Assembly: GCA_965217865.1 (NCBI GenBank)
Contig: CBDCJO010000002.1
Coordinates: 3,680,001-3,744,000, forward strand
DNA: 64,000 bases
From: Candidatus Latescibacterota bacterium
GTDB taxonomy: Bacteria > Latescibacterota > UBA2968 > SICM01
Direction: 5' to 3'
The stretch's first letter is position 1. Every line of letters starts with the position of its first letter. Made by a program: the position numbers and the translations under genes. This document shows, piece by piece, positions 52,895 through 63,313 of this stretch. The notes under the pieces are model-generated. The model was not told the DNA's origin. It did not search any database and worked only from the letters and a program-made list of their open reading frames with translations.

Positions 52895-53233
52895 CTAGAC
52901 GCCAAGGGCGGCGAGCGCTTCGGACCGGGACGTGTAGGTTGGGATGATCTTGTCGAAGCCACTAATCTCAAAAACCTCCTTGATGGAATCCGAAAGTGAG
53001 CAGACCATGCATTTCCCGCCCCGGCTCTGGAGCGTCTTGGCTACCAGAAGAATGACGCGAAGGCCCGCGCTGCTGATGTAGGAGAGAGCCTCGAAATCCA
53101 GGATCAAGACATGATCGTTCTCGCTGATTGTAGCTTGGAGCGCGTCTTCGAATTCACGAGCATTGGTGCCATCGACACGACCCTCCGCCCTAGCGATCAA
53201 GCTTCCACCTTCCCGATCGGCGTGAATCTCCAT
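52895..53233 (-). CDS. STAS anti-anti-sigma factor (RsbV-like)
   Basis: GRVD, YISSAGLRV, VFEISGF. Confidence 0.92.
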   Translation of the reverse strand: MEIHADREGGSLIARAEGRVDGTNAREFEDALQATISENDHVLILDFEALSYISSAGLRVILLVAKTLQSRGGKCMVCSLSDSIKEVFEISGFDKIIPTYTSRSEALAALGV

Positions 53234-53293
53234 TGATCAGACTCCTTGGTCTTGCGGCCTGAACTCAAAGATTAGAGTCTTACAGTTATGACT

Positions 53294-53606
53294 TCTACGC
53301 AAGAAGTTGTTTGTAGAAACGCTTTTCGCCGATGCCCGATTTGTCGCCAGCCACAAGCAGGATGGCCTTCCCCTTGAGGTCAAAGGCAGAAGGCGACCCG
53401 CCACACGCCGTCGGTGGCGTTAAAGCGAAGCTCTTTCATGTTGGCGTGGCGCGGACCCATTCAGAGTGTCCACCCGTGGACGGCCCAGAGACGGTCCGAA
53501 TGTCTCAAGAAGCTTTGCTTGAGCAAGTAGCTCATCCAGCACTGCGGGTGGGCAGGGCATCGAATTCCGAGTCGAAGGCCGGATCAAATCCGACTTCCCA
53601 GTTCAT
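53294..53606 (-). pseudogene. RelE/HigB-like (Gp49-type) toxin, multiply frameshifted; no antitoxin seen
   Basis: Manual: MNWEVGFDP..FGPSLGRPRVDTLNGS..NMKELRF..AILLVAGDKSG..RFYKQL. Confidence 0.78.
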
Positions 53607-53640
53607 GATTTAACAATATAGTCTAACCGTCATATACTAT

Positions 53641-53918
53641 CATACCTGTCCAAAATCGGTTTTTTCTTTGGACAGCATTTGGATCAGATAGGCGATTAAA
53701 GACCGTGCCCGAACCGCTAGGTCCTCTTCGAATCGCCTGAATCCCAGCTTTTCGGGATGTGTTGTGCAATGAAAGGCCCGATCTTTCGGACCATCCAGCT
53801 TTTGGACAGCATCTTTGGCCAGTGCAACCTGGATTTCAGTCTGCCAGAGGGCATTGTGTAAAAACAGTCACTTACTTGTCCAAAAAAGGCCAATTCTGAT
53901 TTATCTTGGACAGCAGTG
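53641..53918. mobile_element. 278-bp MITE/internally deleted IS
   Basis: IR CATACCTGTCCAA / TTGGACAGCAGTG; 9-bp TSD ATATACTAT/ATGTACTAT; empty site at ~61700. Confidence 0.8.
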
Positions 53919-54005
53919 ATGTACTATCAAGGACATTTTTTCGACACTCCATCCTGGACCGGATCGTCTCCTGACCTCTTCTCCGGTAGGTATCCCAGCG
54001 ACAGA
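53919..54005. repeat. Segment repeated at ~61708-61818
   Basis: caaggacattttttcgacactccatcctggaccggatcgtctcctgacctcttctccg identical in both. Confidence 0.9.
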
Positions 54006-54443
54006 ACCCTCGGTCCGTCCACGTGGGACCAGCCCGTGGGATGTTGGTCCCAACCGGCGCAAACCGGGTAGTCGCGACCACACCGGAGATTTGGATGGAG
54101 TTGTTTGCCAGCGACCGTGACTAGCTGGCGTTCCTGCCGGAGACCGATGCCGAGTTGGAATCTGGACTTCGAGGCGTTCGAAGTCCCAGGCTCGACGCAG
54201 AAGCTGTGTCGACTGGATCTGGAAGCACACGCCCGAAGGGGTGGCGTCAGTCCTCAACGCCTTCTCCGGCTCGGTGGTCGTGGCCTACATGTACAAGACC
54301 AGTGCCTCGGGGTCCTGGCCAACGACCGACTACGCTACTGCCACCACATCGCCCGGGCCATCATCGAAAACCGAAGCGTGTGCCTCGGTGACGAGGACCT
54401 GGAGACGCTCCTGGCCGACAACCCCAAGGCGGACACTTTCATT

Positions 54444-54590
54444 CGGCAGTACTCGGCTTTCAAACCGCTCTTCCAGACCCCGTACGCGAGGTCGCTTCAC
54501 CTCGATAGTGCCACCTGTCAGGTTCAGCTTTCGAGGCTTACCATACCCATTGCGATAACCAGAACGTCGTTCGTAAGGACATCGACCCAA
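54444..54590 (-). mobile_element. IS256-family transposase fragment
   Basis: YERRSGYRNGYGKPR..RPRVR..FESRVLP. Confidence 0.75.
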
Positions 54591-54637
54591 AGTTGAGAGA
54601 TGCCAGCATCAGCAGAAAAGGCGGAGCTATCCACCCC

Positions 54638-55385
54638 TTAGAAGTGGGACTTCAGGTTCACGCTGATCCCGAACATTTCGATATCGCTGGTCTTGATTCT
54701 GCCCGACACGGGTTCACTTCCGTCGCGTCGCAGATTGGGAACGTGACCCCGCAGCGGGTCCCAGGTAACCCCGCTCATCACTGAAGAAACCGAAGTCGAC
54801 CCAGCGGGCCTTTCACACCAAGAGACATCGATTCCGTCAGCGCGTAATCAACACCAAATAGCACCTGATAGCCAACGGGCGTATCGCTGAGTTCGGTTTC
54901 TGCGACGCTGGCGGTTCCAGCCAGATTCTGGCGGATCTCGGATGCGTTAGGCAGACCGTCGCCCGTGGCGATCCCGTTCATATCGAAGTTCCTCGCACAG
55001 AGACCCCCATAGTCCATGTCGGTGAAACCGATCCCGCTACCGAACCCGAGATAGGGTGTGAAGCGGCTGTTGTTGACGAAGTCGAAATACAGATTTCCGA
55101 ACAAGTTATGCGCGGTGATGCTCCCGATCCAGTCCTGCGCTGTCACAATTTCTTGAACAAGTTTGTCGCCGCTCTCGCCCGATGCACTGGGGACATTGGA
55201 CCTCTGATCATACGCCGCGTTCCGGTAGAAGTACTCCAACTCCAGACGGAGCCGCCCCAGAACGTGGCCCGGGTATCTCTCCCGGAATCCATATCCCACC
55301 GCCGCTCTGGCCAGAACGCCCCAGGCCTGGCCCCGTCGAAATTGTTCGTCCAGTCTCCAGTCGACCCCCGATCCGGGCCCGTGCA
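54638..55385 (-). pseudogene. Opacity/OmpA-like outer-membrane beta-barrel, 5' truncated and frameshifted
   Basis: RLELEY, NLYFDF..FTPYLGFG, YQVLFGVDY, terminal VNLKSHF*. Confidence 0.7.
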
Positions 55386-55640
55386 GTTATAGTGCTCGTA
55401 TCCCGAGATTGTCGTGCGGCTTCTTACGTCGGACTTTAATGGAGATGGGATGGTTAATTTTGGAGACTATTTGCAGGCCCGTTCGGGGTAAGTCGTGGCG
55501 ATGGAAGGTCCGACAATCTCCATACCGAGTAAGGGCCAACTCACACTCGCCCGTTGCAAGCCAGCGGACAGTGGCTCCCCGGTTTCGTCCGAGTTCGGGT
55601 TTACCAAGTCGCCACGGGCTGCTGACCGCCGGACTTAGGT

Positions 55641-56894
55641 CTATAAATTGCAAGTCAAGTTCAACTCGATGAAGCTGTCGCGACGTGTCGCATAGGAAAA
55701 ATCCACTTTGTCGATACCGAGAAGGGCGACCGCCTCTAGGTGCAGAGACCACCGATCCGAGATGCGCCGGTTCAATTCAAAAGTCAGTACACGTGTAGCA
55801 GTGTCAGCGTCTTCCATAATACTGGTGAGAATTTCGGTGCTTTGGACATCGTTGACCGCGAAGCGCGCGGCAAGGAAGAGATCGTTCTGGAAGATATTGG
55901 TCGCATTTCGGCCCCGCCCATCGTAATTCCACTCGCTGAGCAGGCTGAGATCGACAGCCGAGCCCAATACAGAATAGAACGTGTATTCGCCACCAAAAGC
56001 GGAAGCAGCGTAATCCTCTTCCCAGCCGAGACGGTTTCGGGCTCTGGATCGCCGAATAGCCTCAAGCTTGAACAACCAGGAGCCAGCAGTCAGCTGGGCA
56101 TCCAGTCCAAACTGGTGGATCTGCTCATAGTACGGTACCAAGGCGGGCTCGCCATTACGGTCCCCGTCTATCAACAGAAAAGGATCCCGGCTGGTGCCAT
56201 CGAATACGCTTATACCCACATCGATGGGTCCGAAACTGCGGCTGTAGCGGGCGGCGAGATCCAGATGCCACTGCTCGGCATCACTCTCATATGAAACCTG
56301 CTCATTGTCCACCACGAGCGGGAGGCGAAGGCGGCCAAAGCGGCCGGGAAAGGTGCGAGCGCGGTGGTAGGTCAGACCAAATATTTCCGCCGCGCCCCAA
56401 TCTCCGGACCATGTGATCTGGGCCATGGGTTGGCCCAGCTTGGGCTCCTTGTATGGGTGTTCCACCAAGTCGATCTGGTTGATGATATTCACTAGGTGGC
56501 GTGATTCGGTAACTCCCCAGAACACCTGATCGACGCCCAGGTGTAGCTCCCATTCATTATTGCCGATTTCGCCGAACAGCAGAAGATAGGCTTCACGCAG
56601 ATCGGCATGGGTGCGGCGTGGGTCCCCGCCGTCGTAGCGAAAGAACGGCGCCAGAGTGAAACTTCTACCCTCGACGTCTTCAAGATAGAGTTTGGGTGCG
56701 GCGACAAAACCGCTCCCATGCGAGCGCTGGCCGGAATAAGCGCCGGTTTCGGGATGCCATCGGCTTTCGACACTCAAGCGCCCGGAAAACTCGTGTTTGA
56801 CGATCTCGGCACGAACCCCGACGGGAAAGACCGAGGCCAAAATCCAGACAGCGACGAGCGGCGCGTAGCGAAGAGCAACACGGAGCAGCATCAA
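55641..56894 (-). CDS. Conserved outer-membrane protein (partner of lipoprotein-sorting gene)
   Basis: Signal peptide; DLREAY, VFWGVTES..INQ.D. Confidence 0.75.
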   Translation of the reverse strand: MMLLRVALRYAPLVAVWILASVFPVGVRAEIVKHEFSGRLSVESRWHPETGAYSGQRSHGSGFVAAPKLYLEDVEGRSFTLAPFFRYDGGDPRRTHADLREAYLLLFGEIGNNEWELHLGVDQVFWGVTESRHLVNIINQIDLVEHPYKEPKLGQPMAQITWSGDWGAAEIFGLTYHRARTFPGRFGRLRLPLVVDNEQVSYESDAEQWHLDLAARYSRSFGPIDVGISVFDGTSRDPFLLIDGDRNGEPALVPYYEQIHQFGLDAQLTAGSWLFKLEAIRRSRARNRLGWEEDYAASAFGGEYTFYSVLGSAVDLSLLSEWNYDGRGRNATNIFQNDLFLAARFAVNDVQSTEILTSIMEDADTATRVLTFELNRRISDRWSLHLEAVALLGIDKVDFSYATRRDSFIELNLTCNL

Positions 56895-57535
56895 CGAACC
56901 CGTTTCAGCCCCGTTCGGGTGAAGTCACGGTCGTTGAGCTTGGTTCGGAATTGAAAATCCGTCCGGGTCAGAACGGTGCTTTTTCCGGTGAGATGATTGA
57001 TCATCATCATCTCGCCAGCCTGCCAGTAACGCTTCAGATACTGCTCGTAGCTCCCCAAGGTGAGCGTCTTCAGATGCGCGTCCTTACGGTCGTAGTACTC
57101 CACTTTCCAGACCCGTAGCTCGTCCCGGTCTTGCCATACCAGTTGGCGGCGGTACCCCGATCTCTTATCCGTCGGAACGCGTTCGGAGACCGTGCACATC
57201 AAATCGCCGCAAGGCTCGTCACGCAGGTACCGGTAGGTGAATTTCTCCACTTCCTGGGCGGTCAGGTCCTCATAAGCGAACTCACTACCCATGAAGGAGC
57301 CGGACCGGTTCGACGAACTGATGCGCTTGACTCGTTTCAGACCGGGTAGATAGAGCCACTGATCGTCCGCTTTGTCCCTGTGGGAATGGACGAGCAGCGC
57401 GGTCCCCTTGACATCGCGCGGCTGATCGAAGACGAACATGCTCTTGTCGCCGTCTCCGGCGACCTCGAGCACCCTCACGCGGAGTTGGCGCCGACTCTCC
57501 TGCCCCTGCTTGTTGCGCAGCACCATGACCAGGGC
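56891..57535 (-). pseudogene. Outer-membrane lipoprotein-sorting (LolA-like) protein lacking N-terminus
   Basis: PRDVKGTALL, DDQWLYLP..KRVKRI, FMGSEFAYED; no signal peptide. Confidence 0.78.
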
Positions 57536-57539
57536 CTGC

Positions 57540-57940
57540 CAGAAACAACTGTGACCGACGCTTTAGGTTTGATGCAACGCTCCTGTCACGGCGCGAAGTG
57601 GTTTCGAGAGGGAGCCGACACGCCGTCATTTATGTATGAGGTTTGGGGAGAGCGCGAGCGGGAACACGGCCTACACCGCTATTTCGGAGGAATGGTCGTG
57701 TGCTCCGGCCGCCGATTGCTTGTCAGGAAAGAAGACTTGGCTGAGTTCCTCCACACGGAGGGGCGTGATTTAATTGCAGACATAGGAATAACGCGATGTG
57801 ACCAACGCGGATCAGGACCGTCATATGATACGGAAGACACAAAGAGGGCCGTCTTCGACCGGCTCCTCCTCCTCAAGCGCTCCGGAGCCGTCGAAGCTGC
57901 CGAGCGACGTTTTGACGCTGGGCGCTCGGATTGTTCGTGA
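57540..57940 (+). pseudogene. 3' end of Avs3a-like protein
   Basis: YEVWGE..SGRRLLVRKEDLAEFL..DLI; overlaps next gene. Confidence 0.45.
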
Positions 57941-58098
57941 ACTCGGACTTGGGCCGAGTGGAGACACGCTCGGGTGCTGGATGGCCCATCACCTAGCCGA
58001 GGTGATGCAAGAGGCTGAGAGCGCTGAAGGAGGCAATAAAGAGTTGGCACGTGAGCGGGCGGTCGATCTGATCCTGAAGCTCTGGTCGCACAAGCGAA
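57885..58098 (+). pseudogene. 5' part of Avs3b-like protein, cut by IS copy 4
   Basis: LGARIVRELGL..DTLGCWMAHHLAE..DLILKLWSHKR. Confidence 0.6.
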
Positions 58099-59663
58099 TG
58101 TATCTATTCTGAGATAACAAGAGAAAAGTAGATAAAGGTCCAAGCAAGATTCAGGCAGCCTTGTGGATGGTCTGGGATGTTCTTTGCCGATTGATTTCTA
58201 TGCGGCGCTGCCGAGCCTCCTCCTTTCGACCTTGTCGGTGGTGAAGAATCTTTTGATGCTGGCCTTTATGCCTCTGAAGAGGCGTGACATACTGTATTGC
58301 CCCGTGATAGCGTTCGGCGTTGTAGCTGTGAATGAAGGAATCAATCAGGCCTTCCAGTTGATGGAATGTGAAGATGTCCTGGAAGCGCAGCCAGTCGTAT
58401 TTGAATGTCCGGAAAAAGGCTTCGATCCAGGCGTTGTCCGTGGGTGTTTGATATCGGGCAAACAGCTGCGAGATGCCCAGGTCCTTGAAGAATTGGGCCA
58501 TCGATTTGGCCTTCATCTGAGATCCGTGATCTGAGAGGGCTGTCAAGCTTATGGGCCCAGTGTCCAGGTCCAGCAGTCCTTCGTTGGCAAGGGCTTGATC
58601 CCAGGCCTGTTTGACCTGCTCCACGGTCGCGTTGAAGGAGAGCTTCCATCCTACGATTTTCCTGGAATACACGTCGAGAATGGCGGTAAAATACAGGAAC
58701 AAACCGAAAAATGGGATGTAGGTCAGGTCCCAGCTCCAGACCTGATTAGGACCTTCAGGTTTGACCTGGGGCTTGCTCTGCTTGACCGGCGTCCTCACCT
58801 GTTTCCTGCGTGCCAGACGTTCTTTCCTGGCCTGTCGGTAGAAGCTGGAGGCCGAGGCCTGCACTACCCCCTTCTCTGAGGCTACCACCGCCAGCTGATG
58901 GGGAGGCAGATCGGCATAGGTCTCATCCCTTAAGAGGGCCGGGATTTGCTCTTTCTCCTCCCTCAGCAATCCGTGTGGGGCCTTATCAGGGGCGGGCCCG
59001 GGCTTCCCATCCAAAAGCGGGTCCGACACCCCATCCAGCTTCTCTTCTCGATCTCGCCGGCTCCAGGCACAATACCGCTGGAGGGGAAGCTGTAGGATCT
59101 CGCAAGAACGGGTGAGTTTCACCCCTTTCTCCTTGGCCCGATGGACCATTAAGAGGATCTCGCGTTTGACCTCAGCTTGCACCCGGTGGCCCTTGATCGG
59201 GCCTGTCAGATCCCATTCACACTTTTTTTTAGCAGGGAAAGTTCCACAGATTGCTCAATGATCGTTTGCTCCAGGCGTGCCCGCTCTTTGCGCAGCTGCT
59301 CCACCTCCTCAGCCGATACCATCGGCTTGCGGCTCCGGCGACCCTTGAACTCCTTGAGGGCCCCGGACTTGACCGACTCACGAATACGCTTTAGATCCGA
59401 GGAATGAATGCCCCATTTCCGCAGCACCTGTGCAATGGGAACATCTCCCCGGCTGGCTTCAAGGAAAATCTCATACTTCTGTTCCGGGGACAAGCTCCTG
59501 CGCTTCTTGACCGGGTCACTGTTTGAGGACAGTTGCTCCATCTTTACTCCTCCTGTGAGGTCAGGGATATCCCAAAATATGTATCCCTTCTCAACCCTAC
59601 AGGCAACCAGGATCTTGCTTCGACCTTGCCCCCGTTTTTTCGGGCGATCTCAGACAAAAGATA
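58099..59663 (-). mobile_element. IS3-family element copy 4 (1565 bp, in-frame 6-bp duplication)
   Basis: orfA 59206-59541, orfB 58151-59182 (LLDLDTG); no TSD. Confidence 0.95.
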
Positions 59664-59815
59664 AACCGTCTTGCTTATCGACGAACCGGAGCGCCACCTC
59701 CACCGATCCATCATTGAGCCGTTTCTGTCGGCACTGTTCGATCGACGCCAGGATTGTGCGTTTATCGTATCGACACACGAGATCGCCTTGCCGGTTGCCA
59801 ACCCGAAGGCGCGCG
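59664..59815 (+). pseudogene. Internal fragment of ABC/AAA_21-type ATPase
   Basis: LLIDEPERHLH ... FIVSTHE. Confidence 0.7.
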
Positions 59816-59848
59816 GGACGATCCCCGGAAACTGGCCCGCCTACCGGC

Positions 59849-61117
59849 TCAGGGGCTGTATACGTAGACCACCGGCAGCTTGGAAACGTCGGTGACGCTC
59901 CTGTCCGTGTGGTGGTAGATGTTCATCCGTCCCGTGCCGCAGTCGCCGAACCGGTCGCAGGATAGCGTCCCGACCAGGCCGCTCATAGCGGTTGCCCCCA
60001 CCTGCTCGCGCAGTGCCGCCCGGTCTATGTGCAGCCTGTCACCGTCCTCCACGGCAACGGCCTCGATGGCAGAGAGGAGGATGGTGGTCGCATCGTAGGC
60101 GTGCGCCCAATAGGGTGACCCGGGGAACCCGCCGTGCCTGGCTTCGAACGCGGCGAGAACCTGCTCCCCGCTCCGTCCTGTCACCTCGTTGACGTTTGAG
60201 TGAAAGTCCGATTCCGGCCCCGCGAAATAGATCCCCTCCGACTGTGGCGTTTCCAGGAACGCGGAGACCAGCAGCGCGGCCGCTGAAATCAGGGTCGTCC
60301 CTTCAAGCCCGTCGAAGGCCCGGGCCTGCGCGGCAAAGGCCGATCCCTCCGTGATGAACAGCGGGAAGAAGATGGCGTCCGGGCCGGCGACCGCGAACTG
60401 CTCCAGAACCTCCGTCATGTCGGTGTCACCCTTCTCGATTTCTGCCTGGGCCGGCACTTTGCCCCCGAGGGCCGAAAACGCGTCGGCGAACGCCGCCACG
60501 AGGGCGGACGTGTAGGGGTCGCCGTCGTGAACGGTGGCCACGCTCTGCAGCTCCAGCTGGTTGTAGATGAAGTCCGAGAGGGCGCGTGCCTGGTGGAGAT
60601 CGTTGGACGCCACGCGAAAGTAACCGGCGTGATAGTCGGGGTTCGCGTTGCCGGCCAGGTCGGAGGTGAGCCGCGGCGAGGTGTTGCTCGGCGAAATCAT
60701 GACCAAGCCCGCGTCGCTGATGACGGGCGACGCCGCCACGGCCGCGGCCGAGCAGTTTGTTCCGATGACGCCGGCCACCTGCGGGTCCCCGATGATTCCA
60801 AGCGCACCTCCGCGGCCGCCTTCCGGCGAACAACTGGTGTCAATCGGATCGCCCATGTCGACTTGGCGCCCGTGAACGGGACCCATGTCCTCGACGGCGA
60901 ACTCGGCCCCGTGCCGGGACACGGCCCCCAGCGACGGCGCGACCGTGACCGAAAGCAGCATGCGGATCCGCACGGCCTCGCCTGCCTCCAAAGTGACCGC
61001 ACCCAGCGGCCCGGGCTCGAATTCCGGCGGTGGCGGTGTGGTTGGACTTCCTTTGCATCCCGGCGTCGCAAGAACGGCGATCAGCGCCGCGACGGAAAAA
61101 ACGATGCGCTTTTGCAT
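59849..61117 (-). CDS. Branched-chain amino acid-type ABC substrate-binding lipoprotein
   Basis: GVIGTNCS, MISPSNT, FRVASND, HAYDA. Confidence 0.88.
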   Translation of the reverse strand: MQKRIVFSVAALIAVLATPGCKGSPTTPPPPEFEPGPLGAVTLEAGEAVRIRMLLSVTVAPSLGAVSRHGAEFAVEDMGPVHGRQVDMGDPIDTSCSPEGGRGGALGIIGDPQVAGVIGTNCSAAAVAASPVISDAGLVMISPSNTSPRLTSDLAGNANPDYHAGYFRVASNDLHQARALSDFIYNQLELQSVATVHDGDPYTSALVAAFADAFSALGGKVPAQAEIEKGDTDMTEVLEQFAVAGPDAIFFPLFITEGSAFAAQARAFDGLEGTTLISAAALLVSAFLETPQSEGIYFAGPESDFHSNVNEVTGRSGEQVLAAFEARHGGFPGSPYWAHAYDATTILLSAIEAVAVEDGDRLHIDRAALREQVGATAMSGLVGTLSCDRFGDCGTGRMNIYHHTDRSVTDVSKLPVVYVYSP

Positions 61118-61136
61118 GAGACCGACTCCTTCTTTT

Positions 61137-61392
61137 GGTAGTGTCTCAGTTTGAATTGCGGGGAGCGTAAGTTTTTGGACGGTTCGGCTTTGATGCTCTT
61201 GCGTCGATCAATCCTACAATCCACTTCATATCGCGAAGGGTACCGGTAAGCCCGGCCGACATGGCGGGAGTCATGCGAAGTGATTTGTGAATCCGAACGA
61301 AGTTGTAATATACGAAGTAAAGGCTCAGCATGTGAAGATGGTTCTCAAGCTTCTTGCTGAAGGCGTTGGTTAGTCTGGTAAACCTTCGCATT
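61137..61392 (-). mobile_element. IS1-family right end with transposase 3' fragment
   Basis: End GGTAGTGTCTCAGTTTGAA; MRRFTRLTNAFSKKLENH..YNF..TPAM. Confidence 0.78.
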
Positions 61393-61677
61393 TGTCCATC
61401 CCGCTTTTCCGACCCGCACTCGAGCCGTTTCCAGAATCTTCCCGTTGACATCCACGCCCACAACCTGACCTGCCGGACCAACCAGTTCAGTTGCGGCCAG
61501 CGCCACGTCTCCGGCACCACTTCCGATATCGAGGACCCTCATCCCGCTGACCAGGCCCGCCTCCTTGAGAAAACGCCGGGTCAGACCCTCATACAGCCGC
61601 GACTGCCGAATCAACCGGTCCGTCTCCTCCCGGCTGCGACCCATCGTATATTTCGGATCGTCGTCCGGATTATTCAT
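61393..61677 (-). pseudogene. Class I SAM methyltransferase 5' half
   Basis: VLDIGSGAGDV..VVGVD; fused to IS1 fragment. Confidence 0.8.
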
Positions 61678-61779
61678 ATCACTCCCGGGTGGCCCCTCTA
61701 ACCGTCATATACTACCAAGGACATTTTTTCGACACTCCATCCTGGACCGGATCGTCTCCTGACCTCTTCTCCGACACTT

Positions 61780-62037
61780 TCAGACGGTCACCGGTAGGGT
61801 AGGTATCCCAGCGGCAGAAAGGCCCTCCATCTCACGAATGAGCGCAGCTGCTTCCCGCCGCTCGGCGATCGCCGCGGCGGTGAAAAGACCGTGTTTGAAG
61901 GCGTTCGTGTTACCGACCGGTGCGCCGGGCGATGCTCCCCCGTGCATCCGGCAACGACCGTTCGTCATCGCGGGTGACCGGCACGGCATCCCGCTTCTCG
62001 TCCTGGCGCCGCAACGCGGGCTCCGGTGCATGGGCAA
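61780..62037 (-). CDS. HGGxSTG-domain protein
   Basis: RCGARTR..C..RCRMHGG..GNTNAFKHG. Confidence 0.8.
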   Translation of the reverse strand: MPMHRSPRCGARTRSGMPCRSPAMTNGRCRMHGGASPGAPVGNTNAFKHGLFTAAAIAERREAAALIREMEGLSAAGIPTLPVTV

Positions 62038-62040
62038 GTG

Positions 62041-62619
62041 CTATGCAGGGGGTTGTTCCTCCGATTTCGTGCGATCCCTCCCCTGTGTTTCGACCATGCC
62101 GACCACTGCCTGCCCACCCGCGTGGACGTACACATGCTCGACCGTCACCTTCTGCTGCCCCTTGCCGCGATGCTTGTCGAGGGCCCCCAGCAGGGCCGTC
62201 CACGTTCGGGATAGCCTGTTCGCCTGGTTCAGGTTCTCGTGCCGCCCCACGAAGGTCTGCTCGACGTGCATGGCGCGGCGATAGCACTCCATCGCGGCGT
62301 TGTGGGCGGCGATCAACTGCGCCGCCATCATGCCCTCCAACTCGTCCCTCGGACCGATGCTGGCCAGCGCGGCGCCGGTGGCACTGATCTGCTGTATGTG
62401 GGTCTCGGTCTCGGAGTTCCCGGTCCAGAAGGACTGCGCCGCCTGATTGAAGAGCAGGTTGTTCCAGTGATCGGAATGCGAGCCGCCGATGGTCTTCAAC
62501 ACGTCTTTACGGTCGTCCGGATCGTTGACGACGACGTTCATGACCTTATCTCCCCTGGCGGATATCCTTTTGGTTATGGGTGAATGCCCCTTTCCTTTGG
62601 CGGATTTCCTTTTAGTCAT
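62041..62619 (-). CDS. Conserved MGE hypothetical protein upstream of HGGxSTG
   Basis: PRDELEGMMAAQ, QQKVTVEHVYVHAGGQAVVG. Confidence 0.75.
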   Translation of the reverse strand: MTKRKSAKGKGHSPITKRISARGDKVMNVVVNDPDDRKDVLKTIGGSHSDHWNNLLFNQAAQSFWTGNSETETHIQQISATGAALASIGPRDELEGMMAAQLIAAHNAAMECYRRAMHVEQTFVGRHENLNQANRLSRTWTALLGALDKHRGKGQQKVTVEHVYVHAGGQAVVGMVETQGRDRTKSEEQPPA

Positions 62620-62639
62620 GGGTGAATGCCCCTTTTCTC
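62556..62639. repeat. Imperfect 42-bp tandem duplication spanning the start codon
   Basis: tggcggatWtccttttRgtYatgggtgaatgccccttt x2. Confidence 0.85.
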
Positions 62640-62849
62640 GATACCCATCGCCGACAGCACGGCGACGGCCTCGGCGGTTCGGACTGGGTGTGAACGGTTG
62701 TGCCCCGTTGTATTCCGGGTGGGCGGGGTTCGCTGGTGTGGCGGAGATACAAATGACGCGGGTCCTTCCCCGGCCTTCGCACTTGAAGGCGACCTCGATA
62801 TATAGTGCACGGATATATATCTGTCAACCACAAGTCGGTTCGAGCCCAT

Positions 62850-63313
62850 GGAGCAGCATGTCGAAGGAACTGCGGCGAGAATGGAGATTGGTATCGAGAA
62901 AGGAACAAGCCAGACATGAGACGGAATACTATCCCCGCTTGAGGGGTCTTCTGCTCGAACGGCGCAACCAGGTAAGACGGAAGCAAGATCTAACCGTGTC
63001 GCTGTCGGCCATCTCACCACTCAGCGCTGTGAGTTTTGCATCGATGGACCTTGCTCGCACCGGAATCGTTCAGAAGGAGCAACTTGAAAACGCACTGGAC
63101 GCCTATCATTTATACCTGGGCCAATTTATGCGGGAAAAGCTCTCAGCGGATGAGGTGGTTCTGACGGATTTTTCCTTTTTCACCTATCGGGACACTGATA
63201 CACTGAGGGAGTGTCTGTCCAGGAACGTGTTTCACATCTTGAACCTGGGGCTGCTGGCTGTCCTTGGATTTGCCGGAGCGTATGTGTCGATTTTAGGGTA
63301 TGATGTAAGATAG
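62850..63313 (+). pseudogene. 3' fragment of ABC-2/DUF3526-like permease
   Basis: SAISP..MDLARTG..terminal TM then YDVR*. Confidence 0.6.

Noticed and set aside
54105-54443. Possible gene fragment (WNLDFEAFEV..LRYCHHIARAII)
   Set aside because: Looks partly coding but no family recognised and frame uncertain
34627-59663. Composite transposon bounded by IS copies 3 and 4
   Set aside because: Outer flanks (GCAGGC versus AACCG) show no target duplication
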